Source of the DNA: Podarcis vaucheri
Lineage: Eukaryota
DNA length: 64,000 nucleotides
Assembly: GCA_965113315.1 (NCBI GenBank)
Contig: OZ220371.1
Strand: one strand, 5' to 3'
The position numbers and the translations under genes are program-made. The notes under the pieces are model-generated. The model saw only the letters and a list, made by a program, of their open reading frames with translations. It was not told the DNA's origin and made no database searches. This document shows, piece after piece, positions 11,629 to 24,910 of the stretch. Position 1 is the first letter of the stretch; every line of letters starts with the position of its first letter.

Positions 11629-12830
11629 CAACGCAGAGGCGCCAGCTTGCAAGGGTAATTGGGGGGGGGCGCCAATGTTGCACGTGATTTCCTGACATTG
11701 CATGCTTGATGTCAGGACGTTGAGAGGAGCTGGGGTGGAGCCAAATGCTGTGGTCACATGGCTTCAATGGCCGGCAACTCAACCTTCTGCCCCCACCTGG
11801 CACTGCCACTGGCAGGAGGCTGCTTCCATCTTCCCCTCTGCAGAAAGAGGAGAAGGAGCTGCTTACTGTAACTGTGCCACACTCCGCTCTGCACTGCTCC
11901 ATCCCCTCAACATTGGATATTGAGGGGGTTCAAAACAGCTCAGACCCTCAGGCGCTGGTGCTCCTCCTAGTCCCAGACTTGATGAAATCACACACAAATA
12001 TGTAACACCCAGTGGAGTTCCAAGAGTTAGCAAATGCCTCATTGCTCCAAAATTTTGATTGGCATGCAGAAGGCATTGCCACCACTATCTTTTTAAAGTT
12101 ACACCACTGTTCTGAAATGGTGAAGCTTTGTTTGATTTGTGTATTACCTATTTTAACCAGGAGATGCTTTAAGTAGAGGAGCTTGTTCTTCAGCTTCTAT
12201 TTGCAGATGTCTATCAAGATAGAGATGTCAAACACTTTGAACCTTTTTTCCTCGCTGTTTGAAATGTTAGTAAAAAATCTTTAAACAAAAACTAAACATT
12301 GATTCCATTTTCTTAGTGGGTTTTTTTTTTTGTCTTGCAAAAAGAGTTGCAAAATGTCAATAGCTGTGTGAATCAAATCCTGAGGAAGCAAGTTCCCCCA
12401 TATAATGGAAAAATCAATTACATTATAATGCCTGCAAAACTGGCAGTTCAGAAAGTACTATTATGGTTGAGGAAAGTGGGCTGCAGACCAGGTGTTCTCT
12501 TCACCTGTTTACTTTGGTTCTCCGCGCAAATGCTGCTGCTGTTAGGGCTGAGGGGGATGTTGTATTAGGCAGGATTGTGGGATCCAAAATTCAGGTTGAG
12601 GCTGAATGGCGCATAGGTTTGAAAATCAGTTTAAAGTTATGGGCTCCAAATAAATGCGTTCAGAATTGGAGTATAAGGTTCTGAAATCAGAAATTACCAT
12701 TGAGACCAGGTTGGGACCATTGTTGATCTGTTGTCAAACATAATATATATGAGAAAATGGGCAGCATATAAATAATTTAAAATGTTATTATTATAAGGTA
12801 AGATGTTGTGGTATCATGAGCTGGCTGAGT

Positions 12831-13400
12831 CATAGAATTGTAGAATTGGAAGGGACTCCAAGGGCCATCAAGTCCAAGCCACTGCAATGCAGAAATCTCA
12901 ACCAAAACGTCCATGTCACATGGCCATCCAATCTCTGTTTAAAGACCTTAAATGAAGGACAGTCAGCCACCTTCCGAGGGAATCTGTTCCACTGACAAAC
13001 AGTTCTTACCATCAGAAAGTTCTTTCTGATGTTTAGTTGGAATGGCCTTTGTTGTAACTTGAAGCCATTGGTTTGGGTCCTACCCTCCGGAGCAGGGGAA
13101 AACAAGCTTACTCCATCCTCCATGGGACAGCCCTTCATATACTGGAAGATGGCTGTCATATCTCCTCTCAGTCTCCTCTTGTCTGGGCTAACTGCCTCAA
13201 CCATTCCTCATAAGGCTTGGTTTCCAGGCCCTGCATCATCTTGGTCACTCCCCTCTACACACTTTCCAGCTTGTCAGTATCCTTCTTAAATTGTGGTGTC
13301 CAGTGGACATTATTCCAGGTTGGGTCTGACCAAGGCAGAATAGAGTACTATTACTTCCCTTGATCTGGACACTATACTTCTGTTGATTCAGCCTAGAATA
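12831..13400 (-). mobile_element. CR1 LINE 3' end
   Basis: [55 protein letters not shown], followed by an ATTCTATG-type tail. Confidence 0.93.
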
Positions 13401-13464
13401 ATTTGAGTTCCTTGGGATTCAGCTACTGGGAGGTAGGGCATGCGGCAACTCCATACACAATGGA

Positions 13465-13555
13465 CTACACATCCCTGACCACTGGTCTTGCTAGCTAGGG
13501 ATAATGGGAATTGTAATTCAAAAACAGCTGGACACCTAAGTTCGAGAAACTCTGT
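13465..13555. mobile_element. Partial palindromic hAT-type MITE
   Basis: GGACTACA..CATCCCTGACCACTGG..GGGATAATGGGAATTGTAATTCAAAAACAGCTGG. Related pieces at ~17940-18025, 47967-48076 and 58945-59040. Confidence 0.55.
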
Positions 13556-14263
13556 GTCAGAGGATAATAGAGCTTAGGAGGGTCCCTCATTGCTGCAGTG
13601 TAGTACTTGAGCAAGTTTCCATATTTTTACTTCAGGGAACTGAAGTTCAAGGCCAGGTTTGTAAGTGGGCAGACATTGACAAGTAAGCATATTAAGTTGG
13701 CACTCCAAATTGATTTTGTTTTTAGCCTGTAATACTGTCTTTTTAAAATAAATTTTGGCTGCATTAGTCACAAATACTGGCGATAAAATGCATCCGCTAG
13801 CATTGCTGAGGCTGCTACTAGGAATAGGACTGTGCATTTTGGGTTTCTGAGTGTTACTATATCTCATCAGTCATTTCCTATTCTATGCAGAAATCTTAAA
13901 ACAATTCTCTTTTTTTTGGCCTAGAGTTCTTAGACCATTGCCAGGCTTGGCTTAACACACTAAGAGAGATAGCAACAGCCTGCTGGACTATCCAGCTTAT
14001 CAGCTTATTTCCATCTGTCTCAATAAACCCTGTTCCTGACAGAGTTATTACTGTTACTATAGTATTACTATGCCCACCAACCCGTGCCATCATGTTTTGT
14101 GCGCAGTAGACCCATTGCTGCTACTAGGAATATTTTTTGCTTATTGTATGCCATTTCCTTCCATATAGAGAAGCAAAAGTTTTGTTCTCCCACTCTTTTC
14201 CTCCCCCCGCCCTTGAATAGCTGGAATATGGGAAGAGAAAAGCTTTGTTGCCTTACTGTCAAC

Positions 14264-14644
14264 AAAGTAAAGGTAAAGGTAAAGGTAAATGTACCCCTGC
14301 CCGTTCGGGCCAGTCGTGTCCGACTCTAGGGTTGCGTGCTCATCTTGCTCTATAGGCCATGAGCCGGCGCCGTCCGAAGACACTTCCGGGTCACGTGGCC
14401 AGCGTGACGAAGCTGCAGCTGGCGAGCCAGCACCAGTGCAGCACACGGAAACGCTGTTTACTTTCCCGTTAGAAAGCGGTCTCTATTTATCTACTTGCAC
14501 TTAGGGGTGCTTCCGAACTGCTAGGTGGGCAGGAGCTGGGACCGAACGACGGGAGCTCACCCCAGCGCAGGGATTCGAACTGCCAACCTTCCGATCGGCA
14601 AGCTCAAGGCTCAGTGGTTTACACCACAGCGCCACCCACGTCCC
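14264..14644 (-). mobile_element. Sauria SINE, full length
   Basis: tRNA-like head (GGGACGTGGGTGGCGCTGTGG; B-box-like GTTCGAATCC) on minus, 3' AGAGTCGGACACGACTGG, (ACCTTT)n tail. Confidence 0.95.
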
Positions 14645-14782
14645 TCTGTAATGTATTAAGAGGTCCTTAATGAGTATTTTTGGGTTAGTCATTGTCTCTC
14701 TGCTTCATTTTCTTCTCTTTAAGCATGTTGAATCATGTGGAAAGCAGTGTTCAGCATTTATTTAACACTACTTAAAGCATTA

Positions 14783-15108
14783 GGGACGCGGGTGGCGCTG
14801 TGGGTTTAACCACAGCTTGGCAGTTCAAATCCCCGCAACTGGGTGAGCTCCCGTTGCTTGGTCCCTGCTCCTGCCAACCCAGCAGTTCAAAAACACGTCA
14901 AAGTGCAAGTAGATAAATAGGTACCACTCCAGCGGGAAGGTAAACGGCGTTTCCATGCGCTGCTCTGGTTTGCCAGAAGCGGCTTAGTTATGCTGGCCAC
15001 ATGACTCGGAAGCTGTATGCCGGCTCATTCAGCCAGTAAAGCGAGATGAGCGCTGCAACCCCAGAGTCGTCTGTGACTGGACCTAATGATCAGGGATCCC
15101 TTTACCTT
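14783..15108 (+). mobile_element. Sauria SINE with 14-bp TSD
   Basis: TSD TACTTAAAGCATTA at 14769-14782 and 15109-15122. Small deletion in the head. Confidence 0.95.
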
Positions 15109-16647
15109 TACTTAAAGCATTATCTCAGTAACAGTAGGTAGCCCAATGTTATTACCCCAATATTGCCATGTGGGATGAGCTTAGAGAGAGGCTGTGCCTT
15201 ATTTGGGAGATGAATGAAATAAGGATTCTATATCAGAATGCGTAGTAGTTTTATTAATTAACAGTCAATAGTAAATGATTAAGTAAATTGGATATTACAT
15301 CTTTTTCCTCTTCTGCAGCTGTACAATCACAGATAGGTCTGAAAATTCTTTCTGAAATGAAAACGAAATAACAGTGAGGCAAGAAGGAATAAAGCAAAAG
15401 ACTCGAGCTTTTTTATTTTATGATTTCCTCTGGTATCTCTGGGGACTCTTTGAAATCAAGTAAACGAACTGTTCTGTGGATGGTAGATGTGAAAAAAGAA
15501 AAAGAAAAGAGGCATTACAAAAAGGAAATACATTTAAGTGCCAACTCATTTTAAGGAAGTTTTATTGCTTAAAGAATGCATTGAAATACCTTTTAAATTA
15601 GTATGTGTTCATTTGAACAGATGCTGTCTTTTTTATATATATTTTTTAAAACAAGCTTATTTGGTGGGATAAAAGAAAAATACTCTCACTGCATGAGTAA
15701 ATGTAAAGCCGAGATTACCCAAAAGTTTTATTTAAATCTGTTGCCAGATTTATTTTTTGGTTTTGCTGATGCACTCTTTAACACTAAAACATTCAAGCTA
15801 AATGCCTTACATTATTCATTCAGTTACCTCAATGAATCTTGGGCAGCCTCAATAATGCAGACCAATACATTTAGGCTGGCTTTGGCAGTTTGACAGCATC
15901 TCAGTGGATCTGAACAACCCAGCTGGTTTGCATCCTACAATACAGATTTTTTGAAAGGGTCTCAGATATAGTTGTTGTTGTTTATTAAATTTCTATACTG
16001 CTTTTCATACTAAGATCAATTTTTACAATATAAAAACAAAAAAATACATGTCATAATTAGGCACACATGTACAAGTAGACATATTTGGTCAGTATCAGGT
16101 GTGTGTGTGTGTTACAAAACAGACACCCACACCTGCAACATACTGTTAGTCATGCAAATGTGTTATAAAATGCATTGGGCCACATTTTAGCTGCTGCTAC
16201 ATTGTGAAGGAACCTTTGATCTTGGGATTATTATACAGTATGTGTGCAGCAAGAGTGCAGTCCTTCACGAGCCTTTCTCCAGGTCTGTGAAACCTAGTTC
16301 TGCTATGAGTCAGAGATGGCACTGAGTCTAGCAAGCCAGAAATCCCCCAAGGGGCAGACTCCTCCATGAAATTGTTGTGGGTGGTGATACCGGATTAAGA
16401 ATGAAATCAAGGAAACATCCAGAAGAGGAAATGTTATAGTAATGCATGGCTTCAATTATCTTCACATAATCTGGCTACATATGGACATCTCTCTAGTAAC
16501 TCATAGTATTTATCACATTTCCTTAAAGGCAGAACCCTGAAATTCACTTCAAATTTTGCTTTAGTGGAGATTTTGGTAGCAACTTTAGGTGAGATAGTGA
16601 GCCTGGCAACTACCACCTGTCCATTACTTTGCTAGCTTGCAAATACT

Positions 16648-17175
16648 GAAAGGCAATGGCAAACCTAGACAGCATCTTAAAAAGTAGAGACATCACCTTG
16701 CCAACAAAGGTCCGTATAGTTAAAGCCATGGTTTTCCCAGTAGTGATGTATGGAAGTGAGAGCTGGACGATAAAGAAGGCTGATCGCCGAAGAATTGATG
16801 CTTTTGAATTATGGTGCTGGAGGAGACTCTTGAGAGTCCCGTGGACTGCAAGAAGATCAAACCTATCCATTCTTAAGGAAATCAGCCCTGAGTGCTCACT
16901 GGAAAGACAGATTGTGAAGCTGAGGCTCCAGTACTTTGGCCACCTCATGAGAAGAGAAGACTCCATGGAAAAGACCCTGATGTTGGGAAAGATTGAGGGC
17001 ACAAGAAGAAGGGGACGACAGAGGATGAGATGGTTGGACAGTGTTCTCGAAGCTACCAGCATGAGTTTGACCAAACTGCAGGAGGCAGTGGAAGACAGGA
17101 GTGCCCGGCATGCTCTGGTCCATGGGGTCACGAAGAGTCGGACACGACTAAACAACTAAACAACAACAACAACAA
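16648..17175 (+). mobile_element. BovB (RTE) LINE 3' fragment
   Basis: MANLDSILKSRDITLPTKVRIVKAMVFPVVMYG..RRIDAFELWCWRRLLRVPWTARRSN..HGVTKSRTRLN, then a (CAA)n tail. Confidence 0.96.
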
Positions 17176-19620
17176 GGGGCTGTAGTTTATTAACTTTTTC
17201 AGTGTGCATTGAGTCAATCTCAACATGTACCAGAACATTTATGTGACAAAATAAATAGCATATGATGATTACTTGCTACCGTATCCACATAGGCCAGTCA
17301 TTATTTGGAATGGTGAGGCTGCTTTTGATTAGCCATTTTCCTTGTATGGTCCAGCTTAAAACAAGGCCCATTTTAAAAACAAATAAATAGTAGCATATCC
17401 ACAGCTTATATTTTTTAATAAGACACAGGAATTGCTATGTGCTGCTAATTTCTTCGACATTTCTGGTCTTCTGAATATTGTAATAGGTTAAAAGGAAAGT
17501 GATAAGAAAACTATTTGTTCCTGGGGCTTAATTAGAATAAAGGATGATAAATAAAATGAATTTATACTGTTATGACAAGTAACTCAATATAGCCTTTCCC
17601 CATCTCAACAGAGTTCTACTGCTTTTGACAACAGTGACTAGATATTTCAGAATGCACAACTTACACACTTTTATAATTGACCGTATGTCCCGTCGGTGTT
17701 TTTGCCTTGTAACTTGTAGTATCTCTGCTAAATATCTTGTCATGCAGATACTGACTCTGTATTGTTCCATTTCTGTTATTCAAAACCCTTGCCAATTATT
17801 CTTACCATCTGTTCACTAATAGATTTTCAGTGATAGATTTTCTCAGCTCAATTAACATAGTACTAAATATATTCTGCTAGTTCCTTGATAATGTAATAGA
17901 ATTGACTGATCAATATATTATACTTTTATTTGCATGTTTCAGTTCCCTAGGGGTGTGATGGCTGGCGCTATAGGGAGTGGTGGTTCAAAACATTTGGAAG
18001 GTGCCAGGTTGGTGGAGACTGCCCTGTATGATATCGCCTACATATCTATTTTGCTATTCCTATAACCGGTAGTATAGAAATGCTGCTAGTAATCAAATCA
18101 AATAACATAAATTGAACATTTTTCTTGATGCAATACAGAACCTTTTATTCTTGGTACTCCCTGTGTCTCTTGTTTATTTCAGCTTTAGTTTTTTTTTTGT
18201 TTCTGCATCTGTTTTTTATTATTCTTATTTCTTTGATTTATATACCACCCTTTATCCAAAGATCCCAGCTCTCTACTCTCTTTTCTTACAATGGTACTCT
18301 TTACTTACCTGTCTGTGTCTTATCGCAAATATTCAGATAACCAGCTTTATCATTTCTCCTTGTGATTGTAACATCCCATGCCAACCTTGGTTTGGTTTGG
18401 TTTTTCGGTGTTTGTTTCATGAAGTTCTGTTTCATTGTTTGGTTTACATGGGAAAAAATCAATAAAAATACTTTTTTAAAAAAGTCTTGGGTTTTATATA
18501 TTTATTAATTAAAAGATTTCAACACCATTTTCCATTTACAGAAAGAAATGCCGAAGTGATTTACAGTAATAAAACAGAACAAATTTAACAAAAATAATTG
18601 GCTTTTGGAATACATTCATTGGGGAATGAAGGAACAGAATATTAAATAGAGGGAAAGGACATTAATTACCGTAAAAAGGAGGGATGTTGTAACATGTTTG
18701 TATTGTATGTTACATATGGGATGGTTCGTTTTTCATGTGCCAATTCAGAAGAACTTTTTGAAAGCTATGGATAATTCATTTTCTGAAATATCAACTGGTG
18801 GACATTGTCTTCTATAATAATAAGCAGCTGTTTTTTACTGAAACATTTTTTGTGTGTCTCTTCCCACTCCATATTCAACCCCAAACTGACATATTAATCA
18901 GCATAGACAATATGGACCTATCTTATATATTCTGCCTTCACGATACATCCACATCTTCTAAATTTGATTTACAAAAGCTTGCATAACTATGCTTCTAGAA
19001 TGAAATATTATCATTTTGTTTACTTGAAGGGCTGCAGAAATAATTACATGTGATAAACCTTTTTGATTGAAAGAAGCAACCAGTGAAGATTTGTTGATGC
19101 AGTGCAAATGTTACTTCTGGTTTTAGGAAAGTTAGCATATTAAATCCCTATGTGTGGAGAGCCTTGTTTCCCTCACCTGATGTTGATTTAAAGTCTGAAT
19201 GGCTCTTTGCCGATTTAGAATGATGCACAAGAGGATTTTGTGAATTGACTTTTTAGGCTGATCTGAATGCTGCCTTGAATTTTAGTTCTGCCTTTCCACT
19301 TGAGAATTAATTAAATCTCCTTATTGTTTTAACTGTGAAAAGAAGTCTTCATTATTGGAACAAATCTCACAGTTAATAATATTTAAGCTTATCTTTTCGG
19401 TGCGATACCCAAGTGCCCAGTAAATATAAATTTTACGTTTGCTGTTTTACTGAGCTATGTTGACCTTTTGCTGTTCTTGCTTATTGAAAAAAGAGAGTCT
19501 CTAAACACTGTATCAGAAAGTTTCACACAGCAACGGCTCAAACTGAGTTGGAAAGTCAATCTTGCATTGTTATCCATTGAGCACGAACCATTTCCCTTAT
19601 TCAGAATTGTTGGTTAGAGA

Positions 19621-19640
19621 CAACAACAACAACAACAACA
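19621..19640. repeat. (CAA)n microsatellite at the end of a minus-strand L2 tail
   Basis: Seen directly. Followed by an L2 tail that resumes at 20291. Confidence 0.8.
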
Positions 19641-19660
19641 ATTTTATTTATGCCCCACCC

Positions 19661-20290
19661 TAACCTGGGGAGACCTAACCTGGGGAGAAAACAGTAAAGA
19701 CCTGATGAAGAGAGCACAGCAGAGGTTATATTTTCTGAGAATGTTCTGGAAAAATAATCTTTCAAAGGACCTGTTGATGGCATTTTACCATTGTACTGTT
19801 GAGAGCATATTAACTTATGGTCTGTGTGTGTGGTTTGGGAGCTGCACGGCCAGGGAAAAAACAATCCTGTCCAGGGTTGTAAAGACTGCGGAGAGAATAA
19901 TTGGGTGCACTCTTCCCACTTTGGATCAAATCTATGCTTCCAGGTGTCATAAGAAAGCTGCAGAGATAGTGCAGGATAGTGCGCACCCCGGAAATGATCT
20001 CTTTCAGCTTCTGCCTTCTGGAAGAAGGTACAGGGTTATAAAGACTGGGACTAGCTCCCTGAGAAACAGTTTCTATCCAAATGCGATTTTGGTTTTAAAG
20101 GCAGTGTAAGGTGGTCTCTATGGGAGTATATTGTATTTAATTATGGGGTATCAGTGTTTTTAGGAGGTTAACCAGGTTGGGATAGCTGGGATAGCAGACT
20201 TGTTGGTTTTTGAATGTCTGATGTAGAAATTTTTAAATTTCGTTGTTCTGTATGGGACAATGACAATAAAGATTATCATATCGTATCGTA
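19661..20290 (+). mobile_element. Rex1/Babar LINE 3' fragment
   Basis: KRAQQRLYFLR..FYHCTVESILTYGLCVWFG..RVVKTAERIIG..LFQLLPSGRRYR..RNSFYP, the typical Rex1/Babar C-terminus. AATAAA followed by a (TATCG)n tail. Confidence 0.9.
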
Positions 20291-20734
20291 CCCATCTGGC
20301 TGGGTTTCCCCAGCCTCTCTAGAATTTAGCCCTACTCTTTTCCCACTGGGTGCTCCACCACCCTCTCCCCTGCCACCCTAATCCCTCTGCTCTCCTCCCT
20401 TAGCTTAGTGTCCAGCAGCAGGAAGGGGCTGTTTCCCCCTTTTATTCACCTTTAGTTGGGTGTATGTGTTGTGTGGTGCCATCACTATCTGATTCTCAAC
20501 ACTCTTGGAAGATGAGGATGGCAGGCCCAGATGGAATCTCAACACTGGGTTCTTTGCTATGCAGTGCTACTACTTAAATAAATCTGAAAGGAAAAGAAGA
20601 ATGGGACCCCATCAACCCTAGTCACTCTCCTAGTCAACATTAAGTGGTGGAAATAGAAGGAGGGGGTCCTTTAGCACCATTTAGTCTTCCAAATGCATAT
20701 TGGAAAGGTGGCGTTCATGGCCAGGGCTTCATCA

Positions 20735-21150
20735 GGTGCTTTGCTGTGTCGGCTGTGGCTCCAATCTGGTGGAACGCTCTGTCACAAGAGACTAGGGCCC
20801 TGCGGGACTTGACATCTTTCCGCAGGGCCTGCAAGACGGAGCTGTTCTGCCAGGCCTTTGGTCGGGGTTCAGTCTGACTCCCTCTCCCCTTTCATAAGAA
20901 CTTGCATGAAAGTGGCCTCCCAATTTTTCTCACAGGCCCATATAAGTTCAGCACAAACAGTTGAGCCTGGTGAGCATTTAAGGTCCCCAACCCTAATCTG
21001 CGGGTTGCCATCTGACTGGATTTTATTCTGATCCTGATCTAATTTGAGGATGTATTTTAATTGATTGTCAGATTTTATGTTAATGTGTTATACATTTGAT
21101 GTTAGCCGCTCTGAGCCTGGCTTCGGCTGGGGAGGGCTGGATATAAATAA

Positions 21151-21202
<52 letters not shown>
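20735..21202 (+). mobile_element. L2 3' end with (TTA)n tail
   Basis: APIWWNALSQETRALRDLTSFRRACKTELF, then the GCCGCTCTGAGCC..GGGGAGGGC tail and (ATT)n at 21152-21202. Confidence 0.9.
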
Positions 21203-21206
<4 letters not shown>

Positions 21207-22178
21207 AAAGGTTAAAGGGGCGGGAAGGGTGCAGAAAAACGTGCACTGACTGGCAGGAGCCCTGGGATATAGCCGCCCTTGACAATTGCTCATGTTGTGC
21301 CTGTTTCTTCCTGTGCCGCCTGCAGTTTCCGCTTTTGTCAATCTGCCATTGCTTTCTGTTCAGCAGCTTCAGCTTTTGCAGCTGGAGTCAGTTAGGGACC
21401 TGCCCTCTCAAGCCAGGTGGAAAAGGCATGCTAGGCAGGTCTCCAAGAACTCACAGCCAAGATTTAAAATTAAATGGCAAATTTGAGAAGGCTTAAGTAT
21501 GTGGTGAACTGAGAATAGGAATTACCGTATTCTGTAAGTAGGTCAGAGCTGGCAACAGAATCCAGAAGCAGAGCAGGGTCTCCTGAATTAGCGCACCTCC
21601 CCCCCCTCCCAAATTGGACCTTTCTTTCCGATGAAGGTAGACGAAATAACTTTAGAGATATTAGTGTGAGGGAGGGAAGCTTCTTTTGAAAATCTAAAGT
21701 TATGTGGTAATCTGAGGGCTGTCTTTTAAAAAATGTCTTTTTTTCTTTTGACGGTAAGAGCCACTCTGTGTGGCTAGAAAGCCTTGCTGTCACCATGCAT
21801 GCTCAAAATCGGCAAATAAATGCCCTCGGGAGCAACAGGGCTGCCCTATTCTGGAAGGAAAGAGAGTAACCAATTAGAGATCAGATTACATTTAATCAAA
21901 AATTGCTATGCAGAAGCCGAAGCATTGTGAGTTCAGCATTACGATCCCCATATGGCAGCTGGGGCATACAGAATAGTGTTTTTTCTATAGTAACCTAGCA
22001 GAGGACAAATTTGAGCCAGGAACTCTTTCACCTGTTTTCTCTTGGCTTTTCCCTGGCCATTAATACCAGTTCCTGGACTTCCTGGTTACTGTGATTTATA
22101 TTTTAACTTTGTTATATTGTGATATTTTGCCGTGGTTTTATTTGTTTGTGAACTGTCTTAGTGTTTGAAATAGAAGTA

Positions 22179-22420
22179 CAGTGGTACCTCGGGTTACATA
22201 CGCTTCAGGTTACATACGCTTCGGGTTACAGACTCCGCTAACCCAGAAATAGTGCTTCATGTTAAAAACTTTGCTTCAGGATAAGAACAGAAATCGTGCT
22301 CCGGCGGCACGGCGGCAGCAGGAGGCCCAATTTGCTAAAGTGGTGCTTCAGGTTAAGAACAGTTTCAGGTTAAGTACGGACCTCCAGAACAAATTAAGTA
22401 CTTAACCCGAGGTACCACTG
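22179..22420 (+). mobile_element. pogo/Tigger-type MITE, family A
   Basis: Perfect TIR CAGTGGTACCTCGGGTTA, TA TSD. Confidence 0.93.
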
Positions 22421-23381
22421 TATATTAATTGTTCGTATAAAACAATAAATAAATAATAGCTCTACCAACTTTGGGTAGCCATTTTTAGGTAGCATCCAAA
22501 CATTTGTGAAAATAGTGCCATGTTCTAAACTCCTGCAGAAGTATTTAATGCTTTTTTTTTGCTGCTTCTCCCTGTGAATTTGATTGGTGAAAATGTAACA
22601 GGACAGGGATGAAAAGGTTACATGTGTTTCATTTCCCCCTTCTGAAATCGTACTTTACAAAAATGAAGTAGGTTTTATAAAGGTGATTAATTTGAGAAAG
22701 TTGACCAAATGTGAAAAAATAAACTGCATTTCTTCTCAACTGTAATTACTTACAATGAAATGTTGAACAGGTAACTTAAAAAGGACAGTTAAGTATTGGG
22801 CTTTATTGATCTGTCTTCACAGAGAGCAAATGGCAAACAGGAAGAAGAGACATTATGTTTAATTAGCTAAATTAAATACCTGTCCAATCATTTCTAGTTT
22901 GGCAGAAAAATCTTGTAATACTATACATAAGACACTAAAATATGACACCTTAAAAAGAACTGTAATGATCTGAGGTAAGAGGGTATCATAATTTTATCTT
23001 TTTAAAGATATTTGAAACTAAACAAGGTGTAGTTAAGCATTGCTGTTTGTATCAGCGAACTTTAGACTTTGTACACTTTATCAACTAAGAATGTGAACTT
23101 CAGATGCAAAATGATTCAGCTAATTTACTCTATTGCTATCAAGCATCATAGGAAATCTGAATCAGTATGGAACAGTAGTCTGTTTCCAAACCACCAGAGT
23201 AAGAAGATGCACACGTGCTGTCACAGCCATCTCACCTGGTGTGCCCTCCTCTGAGAAAGCAAGAGAGGTGATGGAGATGCAGCTGCAGAGGCAATGGGTG
23301 AACCTAGGGGGTGGGGAGGAGATCCTGCCCAAGCAGGATGGAACTCTGTGACCATCAGCTGCTGCATGGGGAAATTCAATA

Positions 23382-23613
23382 CAGTGGTAACCTCCGGTTA
23401 CGAACTCAATGCATTCTGGAGGTCCGTTTTTAACCAGAAACCGTTCTTAACATGAGGCATGCTTTTGCTAATGGGGCCTCCTGCTGCCGCCACACCACTC
23501 GCGCATGACTTCCACTCGCATCCCAGGGCAAAGGAGCATCTACTTCCAGGTTAGCGGAACTCGTTACCCGAAGTGTTCGTAAGGAGGACGGTGCGTAACC
23601 CGAGGTTCCACTG
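23382..23613 (-). mobile_element. pogo/Tigger-type MITE, diverged relative of family A
   Basis: TA-CAGTGGTAACCTC..GAGGTTCCACTG-TA. Shares GCTAATGGGGCCTCCTGCTGCCGC with family A in reverse orientation. Confidence 0.85.
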
Positions 23614-24544
23614 TAGTGCAACCCAGTTTCCATGGAAAACTCACTGGTGTGCCCGAACCAGGTAGGATTGAACTCTGTGGGTAAAGTCTGAGGGAGTTAA
23701 GAGGACACTTAATGTCAAGTAAGGAGAGGGAAAGGCCATAGATAGACATACATGTGGATAAACTGGTTTCAGAAGAGAAAGTAGACTATAAATTGCTCTG
23801 GCCTGGAGCAGTGTAGCTAACTTCATTGAGGAATTAGAAATGCGCAAAGACAGAAGAGGAGGAGGAAAAAGAGAACCAGTGAACAACAGATGATTTCCTG
23901 TCCTAGATTGAAGGTCAGAAACTTTATCAGCTTCATTATTGGTGTTCAGTTCCTTTGTCGTATGGAGATAATGCAATATTATTAAACAGGGTGGTTGGGG
24001 TCACTTTAATATTTAAAGTGTTGCTTTAAAATATTAGGCCATTGCATATGTAGTTAAATAACACTATGCTATCTAATTGGAGTACAATGAAGTACAGACA
24101 CAGCAACAAGGCCCCAAGTTGACAGCTTTACTGTCTAATAGGCTGATGTTGGAAACAAAGAGGCCCTTTGGGGCCAAGTTATAGAAAATGAGTGTGTTGC
24201 TTTCAGCTCTGAAAATGTTGAGAATGTTTTGCATGTGAGCATTTGTACTGCGTAATAGATAGACTTCATTAATTTCATAGCCAGTATCCTGTACTCACAT
24301 TAATTAAAAATGAAGCATCGTTTGGAAAAACCGTAGCATGAACTGTATGGATTGTAGTGGTGGCATTCTGATTATGAGAAGCTTCTGTAGAAGCTTCATG
24401 CTGGGCCCACTGAAGCATTCTTGCCCCATCCAAACTTGTCTGTGCATTTGTGTGTATGAGAACATTGTGCATGTATCTGTGGACATGCAGTTCCTCCCTG
24501 CAACTCATCTGGATTTGACACTTTAAAAGCATATTGTTATAGAT

Positions 24545-24910
24545 AAAGTAAAGGTAAAGGGACCCCTGACAGTTAAGTCCAGTCGCGGACAACTCTGGGG
24601 TTGCTGCGCTCATCTCGCTTTACTGGCCGAGGGAGCTGGCGTTTATCCGCAGACGGCTTCTGGGTCATGTGGCCAGCATGACTAAGCCACTTCTGGTGAA
24701 CCAGAGCAGCGCATGGAAACGCCGTTTACATTCTCGCCGGAGCGGTACCTATTTATCTACTTGCACTTTAACGTGCTTTCAAACTACTAGGTTGACAGGA
24801 GCTGGGACCGAGCAACGGGAGCTCACCCCGTAGCGGGAATTCGAACCGCCAACCTTCCAATCGGCAAGCCCAAGGCTCAGTGGTTTAGACCACAGCGCCA
24901 CCCGTGTTCC
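24545..24910 (-). mobile_element. Sauria SINE, full length
   Basis: Head, body and (ACCTTT)n tail all on the minus strand. Confidence 0.94.

Noticed and set aside
14590-14644. tRNA gene
   Set aside because: tRNA-derived SINE head only; no complete cloverleaf.
15300-15340. Splice acceptor-like tracts (also ~39170, ~48863, ~53946, ~58805)
   Set aside because: No convincing open exon with a donor or recognisable peptide follows any of them.
19702-19730. CTGATGA as another hammerhead core
   Set aside because: No stem II or correctly placed GAAA; it is Rex1 coding sequence.
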